This document shows, in pieces, positions 10,349-21,933 of a stretch of DNA of 64,000 bases. Location of the stretch: assembly GCA_977862235.1 (NCBI GenBank), contig OZ374563.1:1798001-1862000 (forward strand). The letters run 5' to 3'. A program made the position numbers and the translations under genes. Under the pieces are notes generated by a model that was not told the origin of the DNA, did no database searches, and saw only the letters and a list, made by a program, of their open reading frames with translations. Source of the DNA: Dudresnaya verticillata. Lineage: Eukaryota. How positions within the stretch are numbered: the first letter of the stretch is position 1; each line of letters begins with the position of its first letter.

Positions 10349-11887
10349 TCACTTCAGTTCATTCCACGGCATTCTCGAAAGGGTGGCTCTAAACCTTCGC
10401 TTCCTTCGTTTCTCTCTTGGTCCAGGGTTCTCCCAGGAAGAACTCGGCGCAACATTATGTGCGAAAGCAGTGCCACTGCCCGGCTCCCCAGGAGAATTGT
10501 CGATGTCGATGAGTGTTTTCGCAGCTGTAGTTCGCCTCACGTCCTTTCGCCGTCGCCGACGATACGCCTTTCGAAACGTGTAGTATTGCGACAAGGGAGC
10601 ACGCGCAATTCGTGCACAATAATCCTCATCTGTCAAAGATAACGTGAGGTTGAGCCCTGATTGCGTTATGGAATGCCCCTTGGCCTGCAGGAACTTGGTG
10701 CGTGGTTCAATACACCTTTCGAGTGAATACGAAAAATAGCCTGGAAAGCTCAGAACGTCATAAGAGGACAGACCGAGATACTGCTCAACGTAGTCCATCT
10801 TTGGGATGATATTTGTCTCCAAGTCATAACCTAAAATGGGTGGCAAACGGCTCACGATCCTCGCGATGTTGACAACAGCCCTTCCGCGGAAATAGTTGAC
10901 AACAGCGCGCATATCTTTTTCCACATCCAGAGTGAGTACGGCCGGGAATGCACGGACGGCGCGTGAAAGCTGCTTCTGCCCTAATCCTACTTCCAAGCGA
11001 AGAAACCTGGCGGCCGGCTCAAGCGTAGAGTGAACGGAGCATGTAAGTATGGGTGGGAACGAGCGAACAGCGGCCCTGAGCGAGCAGGTATCCAACCCCA
11101 CGGTATGCTGCAGAAAGTCCAGGACGGGCAAAATGGTGTCGCGCGATGAGCCGAGCAGAACAGGACTTGCGAGGAAGAAATGATGCAGTGAGACATCGTG
11201 CTCTATGGAGAGTGCGTCGCGCAGGCAGGCGACAGCCGGGGTGACGTCGCGTTCCGGGTCGTATATGAGGACCCATGGTGCGCGGCGTAGCAGGGCACGG
11301 AGGTGGTTACGCGACAGACCAACTGCCGGAGACGATAGGAAGGTGGTGGCGCGGGTGATGCGGCTCGCGTCGAGGACGAGTAGCCCCGGCCAGCGCGGGA
11401 CGACCTGGCACAGGTCGCGGGGCTGCAGACCTGCGTCGAGGAGGGCGTCGCGCGCGGCAGAGAGCGGGGCGAGAGACCGCAACAGATCCGGGCGCTGGGC
11501 GACGGCGCGCGCGCGTTGCTGCGGCGAGAGATGCACGTCGGTGGAGAGGAACTGGAGCACGGACGAGACTGTGTGCGGGTCGAGGCGCAGCAACGAGGTG
11601 AGGCTGAGGCGGGTGGCTAGGCGGGAGAGGGCCTCGCCGGTAATTTCATGACGCTCGAAGAGGTTGAGAATGGTCTCCCAGGCGGGTGGGGGCGGCTGGT
11701 GCGAGTGGGTGACGTAGGCGAGATCTGCCGCGGCGTCGGCGCCGAGCGAGCGGAAGGTTGACTCGAGGGTTGCTGGCTGCGGTGGGGATGGGGTGCAGCA
11801 GTGGGCTCGACGGCGGCGCGGCGGGGAGATGTGGCGGCGTGGCACCAGAGACGGCGGCGGTGCCACCGCGAAGGCCGGCGCAAGCAT
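10349..11887 (-). CDS. mTERF-family protein, predicted plastid-targeted
   Basis: Repeated mTERF units (RSFPPILTCS, RAFPAVLTLD, RLPPILGYDLE, FPGYFSYSLERCIEPR). MLAPAFAV... transit-peptide-like N-terminus. Confidence 0.9.
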   Translation of the reverse strand: MLAPAFAVAPPPSLVPRRHISPPRRRRAHCCTPSPPQPATLESTFRSLGADAAADLAYVTHSHQPPPPAWETILNLFERHEITGEALSRLATRLSLTSLLRLDPHTVSSVLQFLSTDVHLSPQQRARAVAQRPDLLRSLAPLSAARDALLDAGLQPRDLCQVVPRWPGLLVLDASRITRATTFLSSPAVGLSRNHLRALLRRAPWVLIYDPERDVTPAVACLRDALSIEHDVSLHHFFLASPVLLGSSRDTILPVLDFLQHTVGLDTCSLRAAVRSFPPILTCSVHSTLEPAARFLRLEVGLGQKQLSRAVRAFPAVLTLDVEKDMRAVVNYFRGRAVVNIARIVSRLPPILGYDLETNIIPKMDYVEQYLGLSSYDVLSFPGYFSYSLERCIEPRTKFLQAKGHSITQSGLNLTLSLTDEDYCARIARAPLSQYYTFRKAYRRRRRKDVRRTTAAKTLIDIDNSPGEPGSGTAFAHNVAPSSSWENPGPREKRRKRRFRATLSRMPWNELK

Positions 11888-12388
11888 CGCGGTGGAGGTG
11901 TGGGTGAGCTGCGGTTTCGGAGTCCGGCGGAGGTGTCGTTTTCTCGGGGGGGGGGGGGGGGGGGGGAGGAAATATCTGGCGGATCAAATCGGGTGTGTGC
12001 GACTGGTGGCCAGACGTGCTCGTTTCTGAATCGGATCTTCTGTGAGACGGTGCCACTCAGCAGACACTTGCGGGTGACCCCATCGGGTCGACTCTTGTTT
12101 GCAGCGTCCATGCTCCGCCAACTCCGCATGGACTCTGCTGTATCCTCTGTGACACAAGTTGGTATTCGAAGAGAAGCAAGCACACCTGCCCAACCTGCGT
12201 ATGTACATGTTTACGTAGCTCTGTTGACCGATTCGTGCAGCTCTCAACAAACCGCTTCTACCAAGCCGAACCAACGCTCTCCACACCAGCCCCATGACAC
12301 GCGGGCCACTCTCCACGCTCCAGACCCAACTCCAATCCCGGGAAGATCACTATTCGCACAAAAAGCCGCTCCGACACACCACCCAAAC

Positions 12389-12964
12389 CTACCGCCTTTG
12401 CCTAGCACGGGCTTTGCTCCGTCTCTTAGCGGCGGCTCTGCGCTTAGCAAAGATCTCATCAGCGCTCTCACTCTCGCCCTCACTGCCCCTTCGCTCGACA
12501 AAGCGGTCTCTGATCATCTCCTCCTCCCTCTCCACGCCCTGTCTAGCCTCTGCCTCTTTCGCCGCAACGAGCCTAGCAACCTCCTCAGCGGCTCTCTGCG
12601 CGCGGTCACGAGCCCTTGCGGCGCGCGCCTCGGCGTCGGCGAGGCGCGCCTCGGCGTCGCGCTCGGACGCGTGCATGACGTCCTCCAGCGCGTCCGACAC
12701 TTGGCGGCCGGGCGCCGGCGGGTGGCCGCCGTGCGTGGCGCGGTGGAACAGTCGGCGCGTGAGCTCGGGCGGCGGCGCGCCCGGCGCGCCCGGCGGCGGC
12801 GTCAGCGCGTGCGCCAGCTCGAGCAGTAGTGCGCGGCGCAGCGGCGTCTCGTTCTTCGGCCGAGACGGCTTCTTCAGCCTCGAGCGCGCCGGCGCGGGCG
12901 TGTGCAGACTGCAACGGCACACCGGGAGAGAGGTATACGGGCAGGCCAGGTGAAAGGCGCGCAT
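12389..12964 (-). CDS. Hypothetical coiled-coil protein, possibly organelle-targeted
   Basis: 191 aa from ATG at 12962-12964. E/A/R-rich heptad region (EARLADAEARAARARDRAQRAAEEVARL). Confidence 0.5.
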   Translation of the reverse strand: MRAFHLACPYTSLPVCRCSLHTPAPARSRLKKPSRPKNETPLRRALLLELAHALTPPPGAPGAPPPELTRRLFHRATHGGHPPAPGRQVSDALEDVMHASERDAEARLADAEARAARARDRAQRAAEEVARLVAAKEAEARQGVEREEEMIRDRFVERRGSEGESESADEIFAKRRAAAKRRSKARARQRR

Positions 12965-14446
12965 CTTGGGACTGCGGGCGCGTGGAGGACGGGTGTCCGC
13001 CTGACGGGGACGTGCGCTAGCGGCGTGGCGCGAAGAATGCAATGCGTTGGCTGCTGGCGGTCTGCCGGAAATTGAAAGAAATTAGCGGAGAAGAAAGCTT
13101 TGCTTTTCAGAGTTTCTCATGGCGTGAAGGCTGCGCCGCAAGCCGCGGTGTGAGAGATCCCTGCGAGCTTGCTGACGGTAGAGCGAGCCGTTCGCGCAGC
13201 CGTGCAGCGCATCCTTGACCGTAACGTTGTCGACGACGGTCGCCAGAGTAGCGGCAAAAGCATCTTCACGACGACGAATCTACATAATTCTCGGCGCCAC
13301 AACACTCTGAGCGCAATCACTCTTCTGTTCTCTCGTTCGGCGTTTTTGTTGCCTGCATGAGACTCTCTACCCCGTCATGCTTGCGCTCCCGCTCATAGGG
13401 AGCGCGGTTACGGGAAGCAGAGAAGCGCACACCGGAGGATTGCAAAAGGGCTTGGCCGGAGCGCACACGGGAGTCAATGGAGCGTTTGTACAGTCCTGGA
13501 CAACAGTACATACTATGGTCGCAGTCCTCAGCGAGAGTGCAACTCGTGCTACCTTGCGGATGAGGCTGTGGAAATATGCGTTCATCCCCGAGCTGCGCAA
13601 GTCTTCTTCGCAGAACGGTGAGTCAAACCGACGTAGGTCTGAGGCACTCGCGTTCACAGGTTCGTACGGCCTGGCGATTGCGCGCATTGCAGTGGCAGGC
13701 AGGCAGTGCCGTTTTCACCGCGGCTCCAAGTCGCTCACGACGTGCTGTGTGTTCAAGGAGCGGTCGATTCCTTTCTCGCAATGCTGCAAGAATACTGGGT
13801 GTGGCGAAGTTACCTGTGGCACCATGCTGATGGGGGCGGCAACAGCTGCTGTCCCGCGCTTCTCGTCTGCACCACGTGCTGCTCCTCGTAGCGCAACTAT
13901 AATCCTCTCAATAAACTAATCAAGGAAATCGATCAATGCTATCCACACACGAAAAGATCGCGGCATTCGGCAGGGCGCGCAGCACGCAGAAGCACACCAA
14001 ACAGCGAAGAAAGGCTGTGCTAAGGTAAGGATGGAAAGCCGCTTTAAGGAAGAGGTCGGAAGCCGCACAAACGGATCGACATGAACGTGTACCAACGGGG
14101 AGTCGTCCAGGTTGACGGCGACAAAGACGTGCGCAGCGTTGATGCTGACATCAGTCCGGACGGAGCATGCTGGACAGGGATGCCAAATTGGCGCCAATTG
14201 CCACAAAAATAGATCTCTACTGCGCTCCACACTGGTCTCCTGCCCTCACGATAGGGAGCACTGTTACCAGCACCGTCAGCAGCTCGTGATGCGCGTGCAA
14301 CCGCCCACGTTTCGCCGCTCGTCCCGCGCCGCGTCCTCCACACCCGCATCGCCCCTCACACAACCGGCCTGCAGCCGGCCAACGTGCCGCGCTCGCCCGA
14401 CCTCCCTGCCCGCCGCTGCCGCGCCTCGCATGCCGCCCGCGCTGCC

Positions 14447-15628
14447 ATGCCCCGCGTCGCCGCCCTGCTCGCCCTCGCGCTCACCGTGCTGCAGCTCGTG
14501 TCGCTTGCGCCGCATCCCGCCGAAGCCGCGCCTCATCCCGCCGCCGCCGCCGCCCGCCAGGATTCCCCACGCCCCGCGGAGGCCACTGTGGCGTACTTCA
14601 TCCAGATCTCCGAGGCGACGCTGACCCTGCTCCCGCGCCTGCTGCGCGTCACCTGGCATGAGAGCAACGTCTACCTCATCCACTTTGACAAGAAGATCCC
14701 GCAGTTTCAGCGCCAGCACGCCCAGTCGGCCTTGTATAAAGGCGATACGGGCGAGAGCTATGCAAAGAACGTTCACGTCATTCCGTCTGAGGTCGTCACG
14801 TACCGCGGCATTAGCATGGTCCTCAACCTGCTCAGCGCCATGCAGGCCGCTCTTGACGAAAGCTCAGACTGGAGCTACTTTATCAATATCTCAGGCAGCG
14901 ATTACCCTCTTGTGTCGCCGGCCAGCCTCCGCCGCCTGCTCGCGCGCAACGACTTTTTGGACAAGAAGCGGTCCTTCTTCAGCTTTTCGGACCAAGAGTG
15001 GTGGAAGCAGAGCAAGGTCTTCCGCTACGATCGCTTGTTTACGGATACCTCTTTGTCGTTCAATGAATCGGAGAGCGAGATCATCGATTCGTACACTGAG
15101 CAGCCGTTGGCAAAGATACACGGCTTCACCTTCACGGCTGCAGAAGCCTGGATGATTCTTCACCGCTCGTTTGTCAACAACCTTCTGCGATCGTCTGATG
15201 CTCGTCGTCTTCTGCTCGCATTTTCGTACTCCCTTGAACCCGAGGAGCACTATTTCTCAACTGTAGCATACAATAATCCAACCTTTAACGACACTAACGT
15301 CCCGCATGCCCTCAGATACGTCGCTTGGATACGTAATGGTGTTCATGCAGGGCAGCATCCCTATTTTATCGATCAGCAGGAGCCGGATGGCAAAACCTGG
15401 GCGTTTAGAGTCCCGGTAGAACGCTCAGGATGCATCTTTGCGCGCAAGATTCAGAATCAGGACTCTGGGTTTTTGACGTACCTTGATACCCACGTGAATG
15501 GGATGGCGGAGAATCCAAATGAAAAGAAAGTTACTGAGTATCTTGCACGTGTTACACGTTCGATTGACTGCGTAGCAAGACTGAACAGTGGAGACGCAGC
15601 TGGAATTTGCTTCAACAGGCAGGACTAG
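14447..15628 (+). CDS. GT14 (core-2/I-branching / xylosyltransferase-like) glycosyltransferase
   Basis: Signal anchor, then VAYFIQ, NVYLIHFDKK, WSYFINISGSDYPL, WMILHRSF, PEEHYFSTV and FARK motifs. Confidence 0.9.
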   Translation: MPRVAALLALALTVLQLVSLAPHPAEAAPHPAAAAARQDSPRPAEATVAYFIQISEATLTLLPRLLRVTWHESNVYLIHFDKKIPQFQRQHAQSALYKGDTGESYAKNVHVIPSEVVTYRGISMVLNLLSAMQAALDESSDWSYFINISGSDYPLVSPASLRRLLARNDFLDKKRSFFSFSDQEWWKQSKVFRYDRLFTDTSLSFNESESEIIDSYTEQPLAKIHGFTFTAAEAWMILHRSFVNNLLRSSDARRLLLAFSYSLEPEEHYFSTVAYNNPTFNDTNVPHALRYVAWIRNGVHAGQHPYFIDQQEPDGKTWAFRVPVERSGCIFARKIQNQDSGFLTYLDTHVNGMAENPNEKKVTEYLARVTRSIDCVARLNSGDAAGICFNRQD

Positions 15629-16042
15629 AAGTTAAGGTGAAAGCTTAGGTCTCAGCCTTGCTCTCGAAGCTAGGCTGTGATCATCCACAAGTTTGCATGT
15701 CGGTGCAGTGAATTTCCTCTTCTGATTCTGGAATGCGCAGTATTATCCCCTCTAGGGAGCGGTATGGATACTCGTGAATGTTATAAAGCCTAACCTGCGG
15801 TCCTAAAACCAAATGAGGTTCCAAAGGCTCAACACGATGCAGACAACATTGATGCCAGTATATAGGTCCGAATATATCCTCTGCAGTCAAACTTTTCGGA
15901 GTTGATTGAGACCGGGAGCATAAAAACGGGACAATGTCAAGCACAAACTGCAGCAAGCAGTTGGAAAACGGGATGCAGAAAAGCCGTGACCAGAGCCGAA
16001 ATCGGTAACGCTACAAGCACACGCAACAGTGTGGGTGCAGCC

Positions 16043-16084
16043 ATGCTGACGTGATTCCTATGCTGACGTGATTCATATGCTGAC
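16043..16084 (+). repeat. 17-bp tandem repeat x2.5 (ATGCTGACGTGATTCMT)
   Basis: Units at 16043-16059 and 16060-16076, partial unit at 16077-16084. Confidence 0.85.
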
Positions 16085-16811
16085 AAGGAATGAAGGGGCA
16101 CAGGTCAAGACCAGTCCGGAGCTATTTGATCGGTGAATCCATCCTGGATGCAGCATTCATCAGTAGTAATACAAACTGCACACGCATCTGGGTTGGGTAT
16201 CGCTCGTCACTATAAACGTCGAAAGATGAACAAAAGCGGTATGCATCTATTGTACCTATTGGTTCTGAGGGGTAAAACAACTGCACAACGGAATGAGCAA
16301 AGCTCAGCGAATTGTTCAGTTACGTACAACGGCATCACAGGAAAGACTCGGGTCTCAACTCTCGCCCAGTTCAATTTCAGCAAACGCAGTTAAAAGATAC
16401 AAGCTCACGGGAGGCACGGTTGGTCTCCCGGTTCTAAGACGATCACATTGCTCAAAACTTCACATATGAGAAGGTCCCTCGACCTGCAAATCCGGAATAC
16501 GTCCCATTCTCCCCTACTTCCTCAACAGACTCGCCAGAGTCCCCTTCTAGACCCTGACCCAATTTTCTCGCAATTCCACTCAACATACTTCCCCGTCACG
16601 TGACTTAACCCCCCATACAGCCAAACGTCCCCCAAACAACAGATAACCAAGCAATCCAGCACACTCGCACAAGGCAAGAGGCCATTGAACATTGAAACAC
16701 AGATCAACCAATTCCATTCGCAACCAGTCTCCCAGTGAGACGTAGCACCGTAGCAGCTGCGACAGAGGAGAACCAATTCTTCGCTGTTCCGACACAACAG
16801 TCCCAACCCAG

Positions 16812-17672
16812 CTAAAGGCTCGGGAACGCCGCAGTATCATCAACATTCGGAGCCATGGGTACTTTGGGAGGCCCGTTTCCAAAGCCGCGACCACTCTGGT
16901 GGCGTCCGTTCGGACCGTCGTTCGGGGCCGTCTGGTTCCCTCTGCCGTAGCCACCGCGGTTGTTGTACCGATCAGCACCTCTGCCATAGCCACCCCTCTG
17001 ATCACGTCCACCTCGAGCACCGTCATGACCTCCTCTGCCACGGCCACGGCCCCTGGAAGAGAAGCCACCGCCACGGGAATCTCCCCTGCGAGAATCAGAG
17101 CCGCGGCGGGGTCCATTGTACGGGCGACGCTCAGTGGAGGACGGATCGGGCTTGAAGAAGCTCTGGATCTCAGCATTCTTCATCACTGCGGCGTGGGTGG
17201 AGTCCTTGAGACCCTTGTTCTCATGGATCTCCTTGACCGGGACTCCGACGAGAGAGGTGTCCGACGAGGCGGACGTGTCCTTCCGCAGGACGGACATGTT
17301 CTCAAAGCCCGAATTCTTTCCATCGTTTGCCTTCCTCTGTCCCTTCAGGTTCAGCGACGCGAGACCGGAAGAGAGCTGCGCCTTCTGGGCCTGGTACTCA
17401 TCGAACGACAAATCCTTCTCCTTCGGTTGGGCTGGTGCAGCCTCCTTTTCCTTCTCGCCTTCATCCGCATCCTTGTCCTTTTCCTTGTCCTTGTCTTCCT
17501 TCACCTCTCGGTTAGCCTCCACCGGCTTGCGCTCCTCTCGGGCGGCGCGGGCATCCTGCACAGCGTCGGCGGGGCGGTCTTCCGGCACCGACGCGGCGGC
17601 GGCCTTGGGCGGGCTGGGGGCGAGGTCGGAGGCGTCCTCGACGTCGTCCTGCAGAAGCGCGAAGGAGTTCAT
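16812..17672 (-). CDS. SERBP1/Stm1-like (HABP4/PAI-RBP1 family) RGG RNA-binding protein
   Basis: MNSFALLQDD start, KDLSFDEYQAQK, RKANDG, RGG boxes, terminal APNVDDTAAFPSL. Confidence 0.85.
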   Translation of the reverse strand: MNSFALLQDDVEDASDLAPSPPKAAAASVPEDRPADAVQDARAAREERKPVEANREVKEDKDKEKDKDADEGEKEKEAAPAQPKEKDLSFDEYQAQKAQLSSGLASLNLKGQRKANDGKNSGFENMSVLRKDTSASSDTSLVGVPVKEIHENKGLKDSTHAAVMKNAEIQSFFKPDPSSTERRPYNGPRRGSDSRRGDSRGGGFSSRGRGRGRGGHDGARGGRDQRGGYGRGADRYNNRGGYGRGNQTAPNDGPNGRHQSGRGFGNGPPKVPMAPNVDDTAAFPSL

Positions 17673-18212
17673 AGCGGGGTACGCGCGCGGGAGCGTGAAG
17701 CGGGCGTGCGGACGCCAGACGGAGGTGGCGCCGGGTTGGGCGCGGACAGGGGTGCGTTTCGGGGCGCCGCGGGACGCGGCGAGATCTTTGAGCAAACGAG
17801 CGCGCGCGCGGCGCGCGGCGCGCGGCGGCGCCCGCGACGCCCGCGCCGCCCACTGATCGCCCAGTGTCGCTGTGCCACGTGGACACCGTGGTGAACGCCA
17901 GAACGCTTGGCACATTGTTATTGGTATTCAGCGGACCAATCGAAACCGCGAGTGGCATTGCAGTATGACAACGCCGCCAAATGAAGGCCGCACAAGAGCC
18001 CATTCGACAAGCTCCGCGGTCAAGCTCCACAACCCCGCGAGATCCGCTACGGTACGATATGCGCAACCCTTCTTCCCACATCGATACAAGTACAGTGGCC
18101 TCGCGACCCAAGCCGCAACGAAAGACATAGCCTCTCTATGCCTATCGCCCCCAGGTCCCGATCGCATTTCCGTCACCCCCGCGCTCTAAGCACCAGCAAG
18201 TGCCACACCCAA

Positions 18213-18884
18213 ATGCTGTCGCTTCCTGCGCTCTTCGCGGCGCCGCCACCCGCGTCAGCGCTTCGCGCGCGCACAGCAACGCTGCCCCGATGCAATACGA
18301 CGCGGCCGCGCCACGCCCTGGCCATGCGCGCATCGGAAGCACCGGCAGACGGCACACCCACGCTGCCGCGGCGGACTTTCTCGTCGCTGCTGGCCGCCCT
18401 GCCGCTGTCAGCACTCGCCTCGCCGGCCGTCGCCGCGGACGTGTCCGGGCTGGTCACGCCGTACCGCGACCTGCCGAAGGGCTTTTCCATTCTACGCCCG
18501 TCTGGATGGAACGAGTTTGAGGGTATGCAGGACTCGTACGATATCAAGTGGCAGGACGTCATCCAGCCGTTAGAGTTTGTCACCGTTCTTACAACTCCAC
18601 TGCCGAAGGACAAGGATCTGGGCGACATTGGCCCGGCGGATGCCGTTGGCAAGAAGCTTGCCGGCGGACGCGACGGTGAGCTTGTCAACTCCTCGCAGAA
18701 GGACATTGATGGTGTGCCCGCTTACGTCTTTGAGATTAAGAGGGGCTCCAGTCATCAGATCACCCTCCTCGCAGTGAATAAGCAGAAGCTCTACTCGGTC
18801 AATGCTAGCTGTTCAGAGAGAAGATGGCCGCGGAGAGAAAAGTTGCTCAGGAGCGTTGTTGACTCGTTCAAACCAAAGTTGTAG
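18213..18884 (+). CDS. PsbP-domain thylakoid lumen protein
   Basis: Bipartite transit peptide with twin-Arg (RRTFSSLL...AVA). PsbP motifs YRD..KGFSILRPSGW, DIGPAD, KLYSVNA, RW, LRSVVDSF. Confidence 0.88.
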   Translation: MLSLPALFAAPPPASALRARTATLPRCNTTRPRHALAMRASEAPADGTPTLPRRTFSSLLAALPLSALASPAVAADVSGLVTPYRDLPKGFSILRPSGWNEFEGMQDSYDIKWQDVIQPLEFVTVLTTPLPKDKDLGDIGPADAVGKKLAGGRDGELVNSSQKDIDGVPAYVFEIKRGSSHQITLLAVNKQKLYSVNASCSERRWPRREKLLRSVVDSFKPKL

Positions 18885-19322
18885 GACGTCTACCGTAGTG
18901 CCGAAGCTGCGTCGCCCTGATTCCTTGAAACCTCCAAAAGTTCCGCACACTAGTAAAGATTCCAACCGAACAGCACACGTTACCTCTGCTCCACTAACTC
19001 CGCAACGCACCTCACGACATTGAATGCCGCAAGCTCTGCCCAATCCATCGCCAAACCCCCGTTTACGACAACGCAAAAGCTATGCCGGAAACGCAAGGTC
19101 ACAGATCAGATTCTCAGAAACCCTCACTTCACGGAAACATTCAACTAGGCACACAAGGAAAGCATATCACCCGTATCATAAGGTCCCTTAGATCCTGCAT
19201 CAAGCGTCCCCAAAAACGTCCCGAGTCCTCCGACCCCGGCTTTCGTCGCCGGAGCAGCTATACCCAGAATCACAGTTGACCATAGTCGATCATAGCTCAA
19301 CACAAACTCCATCTATACATCC

Positions 19323-19689
19323 CTAGATCTCTCCCTTGCTGGGCAACGGCTGCGGTGCAAGTTCTTCAAAGTCGCGCTTGGCCTCGGCGTACGTGATACC
19401 GATGCCGGTACCCGCACCAAGACCCGTGATGGCCGCTCGGATTCCAGCGCCGCCTGTTTTGCCGCACGCGCCAAACAGAGTCCGCATGGGTTCATCACAA
19501 AACAGCGTTAGTAGCTACAATGCCTCTGTCTCAACGTGAAGACAGGGGGAGGATCAGATCCTTGCACAACGTACGGAACATCAGAGCGGCGATCACGCCG
19601 CCGGCGATGGCGCCATACGCAGTACGCTTGATGCCCTTCTCCAGAGCAGTGTCCCACTTCTCCGCCACCTTGAGTTCACTGGCCGGCAT
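19323..19689 (-). CDS. MIC10: MICOS subunit MIC10, 81 aa; join complement(19575..19689,19323..19453)
   Basis: EKWDTALE...GxxxG TM1, then an intron at 19454-19574 (GTACGT...CTAAC...CAG), then GLGAGTGIGITY TM2. Confidence 0.88.
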
Positions 19690-20062
19690 TGTTCCTTGAT
19701 GCTGCGTGGTGCGAGAAGGTCTACTTCTTGACGCACTACGGCGATGAGGTTCGGATCGTGCAACTGCGGGCTCGGAACGGAAAAGTGCGGCGCACAGACC
19801 AAGACAGCCCGTCGTATCGATGTTGCTGATGAGCAATCAGGTGAAATTTTCGTGTGGATTTTTTGCAAAAGACATTCCCAGCCTTCAGCACCAGCACGGC
19901 ATGGTCCACTGCTACAGGCTGGTTGCGGTGTCACCAAGCCAAAAGGCCACTAGACCGCTGGAGGCAGCCGGTATTCATAGCGCAACCTCGAAGGAACAGC
20001 TACACCCACACTGGCCGCCTGATCGTATTGACACCCAAGGCTCTATACGGAGGTTTTTCGAA

Positions 20063-20497
20063 ATGCTGACGGGACTGGCTGACGAGTTCGACGAAGTGTT
20101 GAACCTAGAATCAACATTTCAAGCTGAGGGGCGTCAAGAAGCCTCTGCAGCTGGCGCAGCATCTGGTTTGCAAGAGGGCAGAACGATGGGGTGGAAGGCC
20201 GGGGTAGCGCTAACGACTGAATTGGAGTTCTACCACGGTGCAGCTTCAGCACTTTTGGCTCTATCAAAGGCCTTCGAAGACCAGGTCCCAGAAAGAGCCG
20301 TCACTATTGCAACTCGTCTCGTGGAAACTTGTCAGGCTACCCCCCTCTCGCTTCGCGGAAACGACTCACAACTTGACATGGATGCCTTGGCAGACAAGGC
20401 ACGCGGCATGTTCCGGCAAATGGCTGCATTTGCTGGACTCCCTGGATTGCGTTTCGACCTTGGTTCTCGCTCTCTGCTGGCTGATCTTTCGTTTTGA
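20063..20497 (+). CDS. LTO1: LTO1/ORAOV1 (Yae1_N family) CIA adaptor
   Basis: DEFDEVLNLE...EGRQE...GLQEGRTMGWKAG...ELEFYHG deca-GX3 pattern. C-terminal DLSF. Confidence 0.78.
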   Translation: MLTGLADEFDEVLNLESTFQAEGRQEASAAGAASGLQEGRTMGWKAGVALTTELEFYHGAASALLALSKAFEDQVPERAVTIATRLVETCQATPLSLRGNDSQLDMDALADKARGMFRQMAAFAGLPGLRFDLGSRSLLADLSF

Positions 20498-21933
20498 AGC
20501 TTTGTATGCATTTTCCACAGAAGGTAAGCGTGTACGCATGAAGAACAAGTGGAATTCTGAGATTGCCTTTCGTCAAGTGTGCATTCCGGACTTGTACTGT
20601 ACTGGGAAGCCTCTCTCCCGGATACCCCCCAAACGCTAGCAATGAAGCGCTTCACGGTGGTGTGCAACCTACTGACTCGTCTGGGCGAGCGATATCGTTT
20701 TTGAAGCCATCCTACGGGGACTACAACTTTCGGGGCTATGCGAACGACGACACCTTCCCTGAACCTTGGCATTAGATCCCGAACAACATGGCTAATAATG
20801 GCGCCCCAAGCAACTCTACCCACAAGCTACAAACACATGACTGACAGTACAGGTGGTTTATTCCTGGCACCTGAACCAACCCGTATTCTCGCACGAGCCA
20901 GGTGTTGTGAGAAATCCATATCGCGAGCTACCGTAGCCCTTGACCAGCTTGTATTGGCCTGTCGCTGAATACATCCTCGTCGGCGTGCTGTCTGTCCATG
21001 CCATTCGCCGCGTTACTGAGGGCTGCCCTCGATCTTAAAGTCATAGGATGGCTCCCACTGGATTGTGCACAGAGTCGTACGCAACAGGTCTGCTGGAACG
21101 GCACCTTTCAAATTCCGCACAGGCATGAGGCATGGAGCAAGATGCAGTAACAATTCAAGGCGCAGATACACAACCCAAGTTACGAGCAAGACAAACTTCA
21201 ATGGGAGTGGTAATTCTCTGGACTGTTTTCTCTTTGTGCAAAACATGGACGAGGGAGTGATTGAAAGATATCTTCAGCAGTGATGCAATAAGTTGACGCA
21301 GTTTTCATAATGTTGATACCGCTGCGTACTGGATTGGAACAAACCTACCGTAGCACATGCGACTATCCGTTTCGGATTGAGGTGAGGCGGACTCTGCGAC
21401 ACACGGTGCAGTGCCAGCGAGCGGTTGCGGTCCTCGAACAGCCTTCATTCGTTGGCGCAAGTATTCCACTCATTTGTTTACGATGCTCCGGAACATGACG
21501 ACGAATGCAGCCTGACTTCCGATGGGGCGGAAAACTCTTCCGCTTAACCCATCCACGGCCGACAGGATCATTTGTTTTACAAGTGCTGTGGGAGGGGCGG
21601 GCGGGGCAGCAAGAAGAAATGGTAGAATACAAGAATGCAAAGTCGCACACTCTGATATGGAGGAGGTCCAATCGACTCTCTGTCGTGGGGAACCCCCCGC
21701 AAGCCCACGGCAGTGTAAACTCATAGAACACACAAACTTGGATCAAGATTATACACGAAAGCTGGATACTGTACTGGCCAGCCAATACAGGGGGCGACCG
21801 GCAATGCAAAGTAATCGAAGGCTTGACCAAGATCTTGGCAAGGCGCGAATCGACAGAAAAACAAGAGTTACTTTCCTGGGATAAATGGTGGACATTACGC
21901 ATCTGACAGACAGTGTGGTGAATACTTGTACAT

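Noticed and set aside
11801..12953. Plus-strand ORFs of 342 and 219 aa
   Set aside because: Antisense shadows of the mTERF start and the coiled-coil gene, crossing a poly-G tract.
20563..21500. Fragmented short ORFs that might be a pseudogene or TE relic
   Set aside because: No recognisable motif could be assigned.
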